From: Eledone cirrhosa
Lineage: Eukaryota
Direction of reading: 5' to 3'
Assembly: GCA_964016885.1 (NCBI GenBank)
Contig: OZ024743.1
Span: forward strand, 202,802,001 to 202,866,000
Length of the DNA stretch: 64,000 bases
Shown: positions 1 to 12,852 of the stretch, one piece after another
Position numbering within the stretch: position 1 is the stretch's first letter
How the letters are laid out: each line of letters starts with the position of its first letter
Notes under the pieces: generated by a model
Told to the model about the DNA's origin: nothing
What the model saw: the letters and a program-made list of their open reading frames with translations, nothing else
Databases searched by the model: none
Translations under genes and position numbers: made by a program

Positions 1-196
1 TATATATATATATATATATTGTTTTACTTGGAGAGGGTCATATTGTTATAATATTGCCAGAAATAATAATAAAACACACTCACTGTTTGGGTTGGATTGG
101 CTTTCGCTTCTGTATCGTTTATATCTCCATAGTTAATGTACTTGGCAGTCAATCTTTATTTCATTGATTGACCAACGGTCAAAAATAATTATATAA

Positions 197-253
<57 letters not shown>

Positions 254-256
<3 letters not shown>

Positions 257-420
257 TATCAAAGTTCTTTCATCACACACCTGTGACATCATCAGTGGCA
301 CAATTATGTTTCCCCTCGTTGTCTTCTAACATGTAAGCCATTTTTATTTAATTATTGAGAGAAACGTAATAGTACCACTGATGATGTCACAGGAGTGTGA
401 TGAAAGAACTTTCATAGAGA
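254..420. ncRNA. Divergent inverted pair of degenerate hammerhead-like motifs (PLE pLTR remnant)
   Basis: 254-300 (-) and 373-420 (+) are near reverse complements. Each reads CTGATGA-T-GTCACA-loop-TGTGAT-GAAAGAACTT, resembling the intact HHR at 63177-63221. Stem I is degraded. Confidence 0.55.
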
Positions 421-799
421 CCCGATTGCTGAATATGTCTGAACTCTGAGCAGTCAAGCTAGTCATTTTATTTATCTGCACCAGGGTGTACAGGGATAAA
501 CATGAAAAGGTTTCTGAATATTCCAATGAATATAAGTACCACTGGGACAATGCAAATGTAATACAACGAAGTATGGATTTATAACAATTGATAGCCAAAG
601 CGATTTACATCTCACAAATGAGGTATGTTTATCAAAGATTAATTAGTTTGGAGCTTAATCAGGAAAGTGAGACATAGTAAATTGGCACTAAAATCTACAA
701 TATGTGATACACGATCAATAACAATAAAAATACTTTTTATAAGATTGTTAGGTGAAACATTGATAGGCTTTAGATCAGTCCTTGTTCTCAGAGGCTCAA

Positions 800-1364
800 T
801 ATATGTTGCCGATTCTGGCAGTGCTAGAGATGGTAAGAGTTTGGGCACAGCCTATAAAGTCAAGGATCAAGCGGCTTCTGTTGAAGGATGTAAGGCTTAT
901 AGGGAACGTGTCTGGCGCACCAATGATCATTGGCACGACTTCTGTCTCTACATGCTGCTCAGTTATAATTGCGTATGCAAAGTGTGTATACATATTAATC
1001 TTTTCTATTTCTTTTACAGTCACATTGTGGACTTGGGGGGACCTCAATATCAAGTAGAATCCATTTTGGCGGGATAGATCTTTTTAGCACAGTATCAAGG
1101 CGGTTGTATTGGACTTTGTTTGTGATCTTAGTCTCGAGTTCCCAAAATAAATCTACCCCTCACCTGATAGACAGGATGAGGAGTATGTTCGTACCACTGA
1201 GATTGCATTTCGATGTCGTACTTTTTACACAACTGCCGATAGACTGATTTTGCAATAAGATCATGCCGGATTTTGTAACGTCTCTTTGCAAATTGCTCAC
1301 ATCTAATAGCAAGATTCATATGCTTTAGAGCACACTGTGCAAAGTGAGAAGCAATTGTGTCCAT
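800..1364 (-). mobile_element. 3' fragment of an R4/Dong-like non-LTR retrotransposon (RLE region), degraded
   Basis: Minus-strand peptides YKIRHDLIAKSVYRQLCKKY..WYEHTPHPV and KEIEKINMY..VVPMIIGA match the RHD / WYEH-P / KE-EK-KY / VVP-GA motifs of R4-clade C-termini. Frameshifted. Confidence 0.75.
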
Positions 1365-1482
1365 CGATGTTAGCTGTTACTCAATTAGTCTTGTGCGGCT
1401 GTAATAATAACTTCAGTGCTCTTTTTAACCCAATGACAGGACCTATAATACTACTACTAATAATGATGATGATGATAATAAT

Positions 1483-1581
1483 AATTGTTTCTCCTTTTGG
1501 CACAAGGCCAGCAATTACCCAGTGCATTACTGACACTTTATTTTATCGACTCCATAAGGATGAATGGCAAAGTTAACCTCA
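1483..1581 (-). mobile_element. Partial tRNA-derived SINE (3' half)
   Basis: Matches the 3' half of the SINE at 52238-52425 (gaggttaactttgcc...tcgataaaataaagt...ctggccttgtgcc). Confidence 0.8.
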
Positions 1582-2188
1582 ATAATAACTATTTTAACCG
1601 ATGCAATGCCAGTACAACTATATAACCAGTGTGATATTCACAACCCCCATATGTACGCCATAGAATTTGAAGAATTAGAAACACTGACAAGGAATGTACA
1701 CGGGTTTAATCGAGGATTTGATAAAAGACTCTGTTTAGACGATTCATGTCCTAAGATAACTATACAAATAGTAGATATATTTAAGAACACTTATATATTG
1801 TACACATGTTATGCACAATAGGTTTAATAACATAGTCAATAAAAGTACGTACCATAATCACGGGACGTAGCGAAGAGACACATAGCTGCCCTGGAAAGAA
1901 TTGGATGAGAATATTAACGAAATATAATAAGAAACTGCGAGATGATGGTTGTAATCCGAGAAATGTGATGTAATAGGAATAATAAGGGTATTTAGAAACT
2001 TAGATTTCAAACATGCAAATATATGCAGTTGATGTATGGAGAGCCGTAAAGTTGATATATTAATAAGGTAGAGATTTGAAGGCGAGCTCGAGCGATTTTA
2101 TCTGGAAACCGATCGAGCTCACGTTCCAATCACTACCTCATTAATATATGTACACACATACACATACACACACACATGCGTACACACA

Positions 2189-2269
<81 letters not shown>

Positions 2270-2864
2270 TTGTGTGTGTATGTATATATACATACATATA
2301 TATATATATATACTGTGTATATATACATGCCTTGATAGATACTGCTGGTGTGAGGCGGATATGAAGTAGAGAGTGACACAAATATTCACTCATATTCACT
2401 CATCAAAGGCGAAATCGTTGACGTCAAAAATAATATTATGCAAAGCCAAAGCAGTTACTTTATTGTTACACCTTTTGATTTGGATGTTGCATTCCAAATC
2501 CTTGCATTCATCAAAGACCTTAAAAAAGATCGGGATGGATGATCAAACGGTCAGAGTATGGCATTTATAACGGATAGCTCTATCTCTACAACACAATGAG
2601 CTATTTCGTTTCTTGCCTGTGGGTTGGTTCGCTTCATTGGAGTGGAAATGTTCATTGCTTAAAGTACATTTGAAAAAAATGCCACTTGGTTGTTCGCCGT
2701 TGCTAGTGAAGAGGAAGGATTTGTATTTAACTATAGTTTTGCAAAATGTGCTGGACCGGGACAAACACAAACTATAAGAATATCATGAATAGCAGGCAAG
2801 AATATATTTCAATAGAAGACATACACACACATACACACACACATAAACATGTATATATATATGT

Positions 2865-2974
<110 letters not shown>

Positions 2975-3501
2975 CCACATATATATAAATATGTGTATAT
3001 ATATATATATATATGTGTGTTTGTGTGTATGTGTGTGTCTGTGTGTGTCTGTGTGTGTGTGTATGTATGTATGCATATACATATGCAAAAAGTAAAGGAG
3101 AAATAATGTATGAAAAATATAGATTTAGAGAGCAACTAGAAAACTCATAGCATAGTAATTGAGAGTCGAAAACAGTATTTATGCATACATCAGCTTAAAA
3201 TTTCCAACATTATGACGTAAGCTCATTCTTTAGAAATTGTGAAAAGAAGAACAGGCATCATGTTTATACTCACAAATACTGGGAATACAAGAAAGATTCA
3301 TATATCATGTATTCAAAACGTTGAAATATTGTTGGTTTTTATTTTTTGCGCATGCACACACACACACAGACAAATATATATATATAAAGAGAAAGAACAA
3401 GTGAGAGAGGTAGACAAAGAGATATATAGATATAGTGAGCTCCATATATGCATCGTTACATAATATATATATATATATATGTATGTCTATATATATATAT
3501 A

Positions 3502-3789
<288 letters not shown>

Positions 3790-3995
3790 CATCATTTCTA
3801 CTCCCAATCAGCATAATTACCCACACAAAAAATCAATTAGACACGGCTATAAGAATAAAAGGCACCTATGAAGAAACAGTAAATAAATACGCCACAGGAG
3901 CGTCTTCGCGGCCAACCGCTATAGGATATTTACCCAACATTTCAACAGCACGTGGAAATTATTTAAATATAGGTACATATATAAACACACGCACG

Positions 3996-4118
<123 letters not shown>

Positions 4119-4164
4119 GTATACATGCATATATATATATATATATATATATGTATACATATAA

Positions 4165-4196
<32 letters not shown>

Positions 4197-4216
4197 GTAT
4201 ACATATATATATATAT

Positions 4217-4282
<66 letters not shown>

Positions 4283-4283
4283 G

Positions 4284-4315
<32 letters not shown>

Positions 4316-4399
4316 CATATATATGTATATATACATATATATATATATACGTATATATATATATATATATGTATGTATATATATATATATATATAGTGT

Positions 4400-4680
4400 G
4401 TCAGGTCACCAGCTGGTGCTACTTGTAACATGTATCCCAGTACAACCTGTCTCATGGTCGGGTCGTTGGCGACTAAACTGGCAGCCCCACCAAGGTTTCT
4501 TGGTGAGGAGGGTGACTTTGGACATCCTGCAGGACTAAAAACAAAACCTGTCAAAGGGCAAAGAAGCTCTTAAGAGTCAATGGCCATCCAAAATCACCGG
4601 GAGAGATGACCCCTTAGCCTTTGTCAAGGCAGAATTCTAGGAGAAGGAAAACTCTGATATAACACCTGCAACCCTGATGG
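4400..4680 (+). mobile_element. Possible RTE-type LINE 5'UTR-like fragment
   Basis: GC-richer block after (TA)n containing TCTAGGAGAAGGAAAACTCTGAT, which I recall as typical of RTE 5'UTRs. GGTCGTTG can pair with CAATGGCC about 120 nt downstream. No ORF follows. Confidence 0.3.
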
Positions 4681-5216
4681 TATCCAATGATGTTGACTTG
4701 TTCTTCTTTTTGGTAAATATCATCTTGGTTAAGAGAGTGGGACTGGCTTTGTGCAGTGCCTTTGCTCACTATAAAAGCTTCACGGCACAGGCATTGCTTT
4801 ATATCTGGAGATCTCTCTGCACTTGTCGTCACATGGTACCATGGGTCCAGCACTATGTGTCAATAATTGTCACAAGTGTAGTGTTTATACCAGAGTTTTC
4901 AAATCGCTGGCTGGAGTAAAAAGTGACACTCGTTCAGCGCATCGATAGGGGTTCTCCTACATGGATATAAAGTAGTGGCCGTACTCGAAAACGAGTTGGC
5001 AGCCACCATATATAGTGTAGGAGGTGAGTTTTATTGTAGTACAATAAAGCAATGATATGTTGATTTAAAACTGCACTATCCACAAGTGTTTTTTAGCCTT
5101 CATATCATGTTCTCCTGTTTTATCTGATGAAAACACAAATATTATTGCATGATGATGTTTGTATTTGAAATGCGCATAATAAAATATATGGAACTCCTTT
5201 AACCATCTTTTGATCT

Positions 5217-5273
<57 letters not shown>

Positions 5274-5972
5274 TGTGTGTGCGTGTGCGTGTGTGTGTAA
5301 ATGTATCTATGTATGTATATATACATATATAGATATGTATTATATATAGATGCGCATTATGTAAACTTGCGGCGTTGGATGGAATACTAACTGCATTGCA
5401 ACATCCTCTGTCAGGTTTTATATCCAATTGGCTATAAACCAAGTAATATATCACCATCATTTTTCTTTAATCATTTCTATCCATACATATTCGCACGTCT
5501 AGAATTGTGTTCCATACAGGAATATTATTACGAATTATCTACGTGTGAGACAATTGAAAAAGCTAGATGATTTATAGTATTATAAAGCAGAAAAAAAACC
5601 TATTACAATAGACGTTGAGCAGTTATAAATCATGATAGTTGTCATTTGTTAGAAACCATTTACTATATACCATTCAGAAGAGAATGTGTAGGGTTCTAAA
5701 TGAATATTGAAGTATGAAAGATTGTAAATTGTTCATATACTTTTAATGATAAGAGTAGGTATGTTTTCATTGCGATGGCGTTCGACACCATGTTGCCGGA
5801 GGTTCAGTCATACTGCGTAACACTTTGGGAGAGTGCTCTCTACTATCGCTACCGGTCAAGCAATATTCCTACAAAAATGCAGAAGACTTTTGTACATATA
5901 TATAAATATATACCTTTATATATATATAAATATATACATTTATATGTATATAAATATATACATTTATATCAA

Positions 5973-6135
5973 ATATTAAAAAAATAATGGATAAAACAAT
6001 GAAACAGTTCCTTATATTAAACAAAAAAAGTTCATTATTTAACGATCGTTTCTAGGACATATATGTGTTAGAATTGGCATGCATATTCAACAGATCTATG
6101 TATAAAATTATACAAAATTATACAAACTATCAAAT
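5973..6135 (-). repeat. Dispersed repeat (second copy ~12292-12480), probable PLE pLTR remnant
   Basis: The two copies are near identical. The minus strand has GAAA-CGATCG-TT/TA (palindromic stem III-like), but the upstream core is degenerate. Confidence 0.6.
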
Positions 6136-6221
6136 TTAATATACATACCAACATATGCCGTCTTCACTATTGGACACTACCGTAAACTCTTGGTAGATTT
6201 ATCTACATATACATTTATATA

Positions 6222-6299
<78 letters not shown>

Positions 6300-6302
<3 letters not shown>

Positions 6303-7365
6303 GCAAAGTTGTATTTAAATTGTTGGGTTACAACGAGTAAATATTTGTAACTGATATAAAAGCACTCAACAAGTATTTGGAGTATATTTACGATATTAAA
6401 TAAATGGAAACTATATTTAGAAAAACCATATTTATTTCATTATATATATTTCAGGGATATCATATTAAAAATATGGTATGCCTTCATCAGACAAAATACA
6501 ATATAAACAGTCTTATAAATAGATAGATTTGACATACCTTACAACTTCAACTTCCATTTAAAAAGTTGATTTGGTAGTGAAAAATGTTAGGGACAGTTTT
6601 AAAAAGAAAGAAATAAAGAAAGCGAAGAAAAAGAAGAAATGCATGCAACGAAAAACAGAGAGAGATAGATATAGAGAGATAGATTGAGAGAAGAAATTCA
6701 TGTAAAGAAAAAACAGAGAGAGATAGATAGAGAGAGAAAAAAGACAGAGGGAGATAGATAGAGAGAGAGAGAGAGAGAAGAGAGAGAGAGAAAAAATAAA
6801 GAGAGATAGATATAGATAGAGATAGAGAGAAAGAAAATAGGTAGTTGGGCACCAGTTGAATGACGTATCAATGATATATTTATTTATTTATTTATTTATT
6901 TAGTTCTAGTATTAAGGTAGAGAGAGATATATGTGGTTAGGAGAGAAAACAGCCGTTACATAGAGAGAAAAGAAAAATATCCAGAGATAAACGAGGCAGA
7001 TTTAAAACATTATGTTTCATCAATCTAAAAATATCAATTCGTATGAATTAGGTATTATAATGTAAATATCAGTATTCATGAATGAGACACGTATCAATAA
7101 TGTGTGAAAAATAATGATCATATGTCTAGTTTAAAATTCCTAGGTTTATAATCAGAGCTGAGATAAAAAAACTGAGATAAAAAACTGAGATAAAAAACTT
7201 CAAAAAAAATTGAAATACATAAGTATATATGCACTTTCATGAAAAAAGAAAAAGAAAATAGAAGGTTATCCCAGATTCGATACTATAGACATCCATGTGA
7301 ATTTACGTGATCAACTCTGCAAATTCCTATTTCACATGAAAACATTCTCATTGTGCTATAAAAAT
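6300..7365 (-). mobile_element. PLE 3' region/pLTR family A, left arm of a ~1 kb inverted repeat
   Basis: Reverse complement of 8526-9626 over ~1 kb. Carries an HHR. The 3' end abuts (TA)n. Confidence 0.85.
6433..6498 (-). ncRNA. Minimal type I hammerhead ribozyme (family A)
   Basis: UAUUUUGU-CUGAUGA-stem II (AGG..AUACCAUAU/AUAUGAUAU..CCU)-GAAA-UAUAUAUA^AUGAAAUA. Stem I is 8 bp with G-U pairs. Confidence 0.75.
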
Positions 7366-7404
7366 TCTAGTATACATATATGTGTACATACACACAAATA
7401 TATA

Positions 7405-8530
7405 TAGAATCTACATTAATTTTAACAATACTATTCTTGTCTTTACTCTACATGATTATCGTTCAAGCATAAATAGACAACAGATATCAATATATCAATA
7501 AAAATATTTAAAAAATAAAAAAAATATTAAAAATAAAACACAGTATGCCCCGCAAATCAACCACAGAAATCAACCCTTCAAAATTAATTGACAATATATT
7601 GCCAAGTTCATTATAAGCATCAGAATCAAAAGCAAACAAAACCAAAATTATTTACCAAATCCTGTCTAGCAGAAATCATTCCAAAAGTTTAGGATACCCA
7701 TTTGATCTACAGATGGTCTTATATTTATTATAGAAGTTTATGTAGTGTAAAATGTATTCGATATATTTGGAGCATCAGCTTTTAGGGTAGTTTAATTATT
7801 CATGAAGAATGTTTAAAAAAAAAAGAAATCGAAAGATTTATCGGCGAGTTTCATAAATAATTACAAATCATAAGTAAATATACTACATTTTAAATTTATA
7901 TTTATATTTAAAAGTTGAGTTCAATCTATGTCTGCAGCAACTGAATAAATTTGTCCGTAAATTAAGGGAATTTTTAGATTTTAGTATAAAGAATATCTTC
8001 TCCGCGCAGAGGTCACATGTCTCAGAAGATGAATTAAAAGGAATCCCTCTTGAGACTATATTCCAAGCCGTCGAATATCCAACGTTATCATGCTTAAGTT
8101 GCCAGAGTAAGCCTGATAGTGATGTTGAAGATTTTTTGCTTGGATCTGTGAAAGAATTCTTGTAGTTATTATAGCGAAGTTTAAATTCTGTCGAGGTGGA
8201 ACCAACATAGTTAAAAGAATTTAAGTCCGTTTTAACATTACAGTTGTATATTATATTTTTAACTAAGCAATTGTTATTTAACGGACATTTAGATCTATCT
8301 CTACAGTTACATTTGTTTACTTGGATATTATTTATGCTATTATCGGTATTTTGGCTAGGTTTTAAATCCCTATTATTTATTCTATTAATATTTTGTGCTA
8401 AATTTTTGGTGGATGAGTAAGTTAATTTTATAGTATGTCTATTGAAAATTGAGTGATACTTATGTGTTCTAGGGAAGCGATTATCAAGAGCATTAAAAAA
8501 TAGTTTAGCGATGTGGGTTTTAATGTTTTT
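7405..8530 (-). mobile_element. 5'-truncated PLE: RT thumb, GIY-YIG endonuclease and 3'UTR (pseudogenised)
   Basis: Manual minus-strand translation of ~8530-7895: KTHIAKLFFNALDNRFPRTHKYHSIFNRHTIKLTYS..CNCRDRSKCPLNNNCLVKNIIYNC..NYVGSTSTEFKLRYNNY..CDLCAEKIFFI..LNLR..CCRH. Confidence 0.85.
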
Positions 8531-9119
8531 ATATCACAATGAGAATGTTTTCATGTGAAATAGGAATTTGCAGAGTTGATCACGTAAATTCACATGGATG
8601 TCTATAGTATCGAATCTGGGATAACCTTCTATTTTCTTTTTCTTTTTTCATGAAAGTGCATATATACTTATGTATTTCAATTTTTTTTTGAAGTTTTTTA
8701 TCTCAGTTTTTTTATCTCAGTTTTTTTATCTCAGTTTTTTTAACTCAGTTTTTTTATCTCAGCTCTGATTATAAACCTAGGAATTTTAAACTATACATAT
8801 GATCATTATTTTTCACAGATTATTGATACGTGTCTCATTCATGAATATTGATATTTACATTATAATACCTAATTCATACGAATTGATATTTTTAGATTGA
8901 TGAAACATAATGTTTTAAATCTGCCTCGTTTATCTCTGGATATTTTTCTTTTCTCTCTATGTAACGGCTGTTTTCTCTCCTAACCACACATATCTCTCTC
9001 TACCTTAATGCTAGAACTAAATAAATAAATAAATAAATATATCATTGATACGTCATTCAACTGGTGCCCAACTACCTATTTTCTTTCTCTCTATCTCTAT
9101 CTATATCTATCTCTCTCTA

Positions 9120-9180
<61 letters not shown>

Positions 9181-9623
9181 ATCTATCTCCCTCTGTCTTT
9201 TTTCTGTCTCTATCTCTATCTCTATCTATCTCTCTCTATTTTTTCTCTCACTCTCTATCTATCTCCCTCTGTCTTTTCTCTCTCTCTATCTATCTCTCTC
9301 TGTTTTTTCTTTATATGAATTTCTTCTCTCTATCTATCTCTCTATATCTATCTCTCTCTGTTTTTCGTTGCATGAATTTCTTCTTTTTCTTCGCTTTCTT
9401 TCTTTCTTTCTTTTTATAACTGTCCCTAACATTTTTCACTACCAAATCAACTTTTTAAATGGAAGTTGGAGTTGTAAGGTATGTCAAATCTATCTATTTA
9501 TAAGACTGTTTATATTGCATTTTGTCTGATGAAGGCATACCATATTTTTAATATGATATCCCTGAAATATATATAATGAAATAAATATGGTTTTATAAAT
9601 ATAGTTTCCATTTATTTAATATC

Positions 9624-9626
<3 letters not shown>
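8526..9626 (+). mobile_element. PLE 3' region/pLTR family A, right (short) arm of the inverted repeat
   Basis: Reverse complement of 6389-7365. Ends at ...TTAATATCGTA followed by (TA)n. Confidence 0.85.
9519..9582 (+). ncRNA. Minimal type I hammerhead ribozyme (family A)
   Basis: ATTTTGT-CTGATGA(9526-9532)-stem II-GAAA(9564-9567)-TATATATA^ATGAAAT. Confidence 0.75.
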
Positions 9627-9685
<59 letters not shown>

Positions 9686-9687
<2 letters not shown>

Positions 9688-12136
9688 AGGAGGTTATAGT
9701 TCATTTGAAGCATTGTGTAATGAAGTATAAACGTTTGTATATGTATAATAAAGCCAAAACAATGCAGGTATGGACATAGAATAAAGAATGCAAATGCAAA
9801 AGATATTGTTGACAATTAGTCTTTTACCTTAGATTTATTTAAATGTCCTTAATTTTCGAGATAATATCTCTTCTTCAGAGGGCAGTAAAGCTGTTAATCC
9901 AGTGTTCTAAATAGCTTGCCAAGTCATGCTGACAGGAAATGGTATAGAGTATCTGTTCTATCTCTAATGTCAAAGAGTTAAGATTAGGTGGATAAAGAGT
10001 AGTCTCCCTTTAAAAGGTTTTTTTTTTGTTTTTTTGTACATGCCTGTTTAAATGTGTGGGAGAATGCATGAAGGTGTAAGTATGTGAGTGTGTGTGTGTG
10101 AGTGTCAGAAGATATGTCTATACGTAAATGTGGGGGATAGATGTTATCTCGTGTTAGAATTGGTTTTGTGTGTGTATGTGTGAGAGAGAATAAGTGGAGG
10201 TGTAAGCGTGTGTGCATGTGTGTGTGTGTGCGTGCGTATGTGCATGTGTGTGTGGGTGAGTTGTGTGTAAATAGGGTGCTAGAAGTTCTATGAAGTTATG
10301 AATTGGGTGTTGAGTTCTAGTCTATTATTGATTGGTGGTTGTGTTTTGTCTATAATTAGTGCTTCCTTAATTCTAAGATTGCCGAGGTTTCTTTCCTTAG
10401 TTTCTATCCTAACTGTTATGGTTTTGTCGGTGCTTTTAAATTTAACTAGGTGTTTCTTAAATGAGGAAGCGTTAGTATTGAGGTGTTCTTTTATTCTTAT
10501 GTGGAGTGGTCTGGTGGTGCTACCTACGTAGAAGTTGTTGCATTTGTAACACACTCTAGTCTGTATACGACGTAAGCCTGGTGGCTTAGGTCTGTGTCGT
10601 TGATGGGGCAGTTGGCTAGTCTGCAGCAGTTGTCATGTCTGGTGGAGTGTCTTTTGGTTAGCTGTCCGCGTAGAGAAGGACCTGAGTGGGCCAGTTGGAT
10701 ATCTAGTCCCTCTCTTCTGATAGCTCTGCGGATGGCTGTTGTTGTTTCTTCACTGAAGTGTGGGAGCTTCAGGAAGCAAGTGTTAGTGACTCGGGTGTGG
10801 TGTCCTCTGTTCTTTCTGGCACGGTTTGTGGTGGATGTCGTGTATCCGTTCAGTTTAAGTACTTCCAGGAAATGTGTGGTGTGTGTGTCTCGGTCTCTAG
10901 CGTCGGTGCATTTGTTCCGGATACGTGTTATTTCGTACCTTATGTATCCGAACTTAACGCCGGCTGGGAGGGCCGATCTGAAATGTACGAACAGGTCCCT
11001 GCTGGCGGCTTTTTCATAGAAGCAGGTGTGGATGTTGCCTTCCTCTGTTACCCTAAGTTGGAAGTCCAGTAGGGATAGGGATCCGCGGTCATCGGGGTGT
11101 TCCATTTCTGAACTTTATACTGGCGTCCATGCTGGAGAATGTTGTGTATATTTTATCTGCCTCCTTACGGGATGATGTAAGGATGGGTATGTCATCTACA
11201 TATCGGGTGAAGAAGGTATGGGAATGGCAGGTGTTGAGGGCTCGGCATTCTAGCTGGTTCATGTAGGCGATGGCCAGCAGGCCCGATAGGCTGGATCCCA
11301 TGGGTAATCCTGTTGTCTGTCTCTATGTGTGGTGGTGGAAGGTGAAGTACGTGTTGTCTACTGTGAAGGACAAAAGCTGGTGTATGTCCATCGGGTGGAG
11401 GCCGTAGCAGTGGATGTCCTCTGCGACCACGCAGTCCGTCAATAAATCGACAGCTGCATGAGCGGGGACTGTAGTGTAGAGGGAGACAATGTCGAGGCTA
11501 AAGGCGTATCTATTTAGTTTAAGTTATTCTGGCTGGAGTTGGTGTAGTCTACGTATAACTTCGTCGGAGCTACTGACATGCCCGGGAAAGGTGGAGAGTA
11601 GAGGCTTGAGGACCTAGGAGAGGAGCCAGGAAATTGTGTATAGGGGTCCTTCTATGCTAGAGACGATGGGTCTTATTTGCGTCTTAGTACTATTCTTGTG
11701 GGTCTTGATGAGGTGGTAGAGAGTGGGCAGTCTGCTATTTCTAGTGGTGTAGTTGAGCTTAACTTTATTTGGGAGTTGTCTTCTCCTAAAGATATCGAAC
11801 CAGATGGAGTTGGTCTGTTTTTCGATCTGAGCTGCAGTCATGTCCGGGATCTCTGTATATAATTCATTGTCGCTTAGGTGTTCAAAGGCTAGGTTGTTGT
11901 ATGTGGTTTGAGAGATGACGCAAAACTTTTTACCTTTGTCGGACGGTAAGTATATAAGTTCCCTATTCCGTAGGTTCTTCAGGGCGAGTTGTGTGCTGGA
12001 GAGGTTTGGGGCTATATTCTTCTGTTTCCGTAAGATGTTAAATACAGAATGTTTTAGCCTCGAGAGTTTTTCTTCAAGCTCGCGGTTGGCAGGCGGTGGA
12101 CAGAGTGGGCGATCCAGTTGGTATATCGGGAATCTG

Positions 12137-12137
<1 letters not shown>
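9686..12137 (-). mobile_element. Penelope-like retroelement, RT + GIY-YIG, frameshifted, 5'-truncated
   Basis: ORF pieces RLPTLYHLIKTHK..IRPIVSS, SLDIVSLYT, MGSSLSG..RYVDDI, VVYRLEC and FYVGSTTRPLHIRIKEH. The 3'UTR holds an HHR. Both ends lie in (TA)n. Confidence 0.95.
9845..9883 (-). ncRNA. Minimal type I hammerhead ribozyme in the PLE 3' pLTR
   Basis: GCCCU-CUGAAGA-A-GAGAU(AUU)AUCUC-GAAA-AUUA^AGGAC. Stem III AAUU is palindromic. One stem I mismatch. Confidence 0.75.
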
Positions 12138-12213
<76 letters not shown>

Positions 12214-12536
12214 TGCTACTGTACGTCTGTATACATATATGTATGTACGTATACATACATACTTACATTTATATATATATATATATATAAATTATTAAAA
12301 AAATAATGAATAAACAAAGAAACAGTTCCTTATATTAAACAAAAAAAGTTCATTATTTTACGATCGTTTCTAGGACATATATGTGTTAGAATTGGTATGC
12401 ATATTCAAAAGATCTATGTACAAAATCATATGTACAAAATTATACAAAATTATATGTACAAAATTATACAAACTATCAAAGAGAATATACATACCTTCAC
12501 ATATAATAATATATATATATGTCTTCAGAAATATAA

Positions 12537-12599
<63 letters not shown>

Positions 12600-12650
12600 A
12601 TGTATATATATATATGTGTGTATGTGTGTGTATATATGTATATATAGATC

Positions 12651-12852
12651 AAAGAAAGTGTGTTAAGAAACCAGGTGGACCACAACGTACCAGAGTATTC
12701 GATATTTAGTGTAGTAGAGTGAGTAATAGGAAAAAAAGTCAGGACCCCGACAACTGAGCTCCGGCCGTTTCAACAGCTAGATCCGAACTGATTTCTGATC
12801 TAGATCTCGAAACGACCGGAGCTCAGCCGTCGGGTCTCTTACTTTTTTCCTA
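12651..12852 (-). mobile_element. Short fold-back element, family B (diverged copy)
   Basis: Homologous to 62780-62973. Hairpin arms CTGAGCTCCGGCCGTTTC / GAAACGACCGGAGCTCAG. Confidence 0.8.

Noticed and set aside
420-780. Possible degraded GIY-YIG on the minus strand
   Set aside because: Only vague Cys-containing fragments; motifs not convincing.
1600-1860. Possible PLE C-terminus (LETL..GFN) followed by TTGATAA
   Set aside because: Similarity too weak and no GAAA or paired stems.
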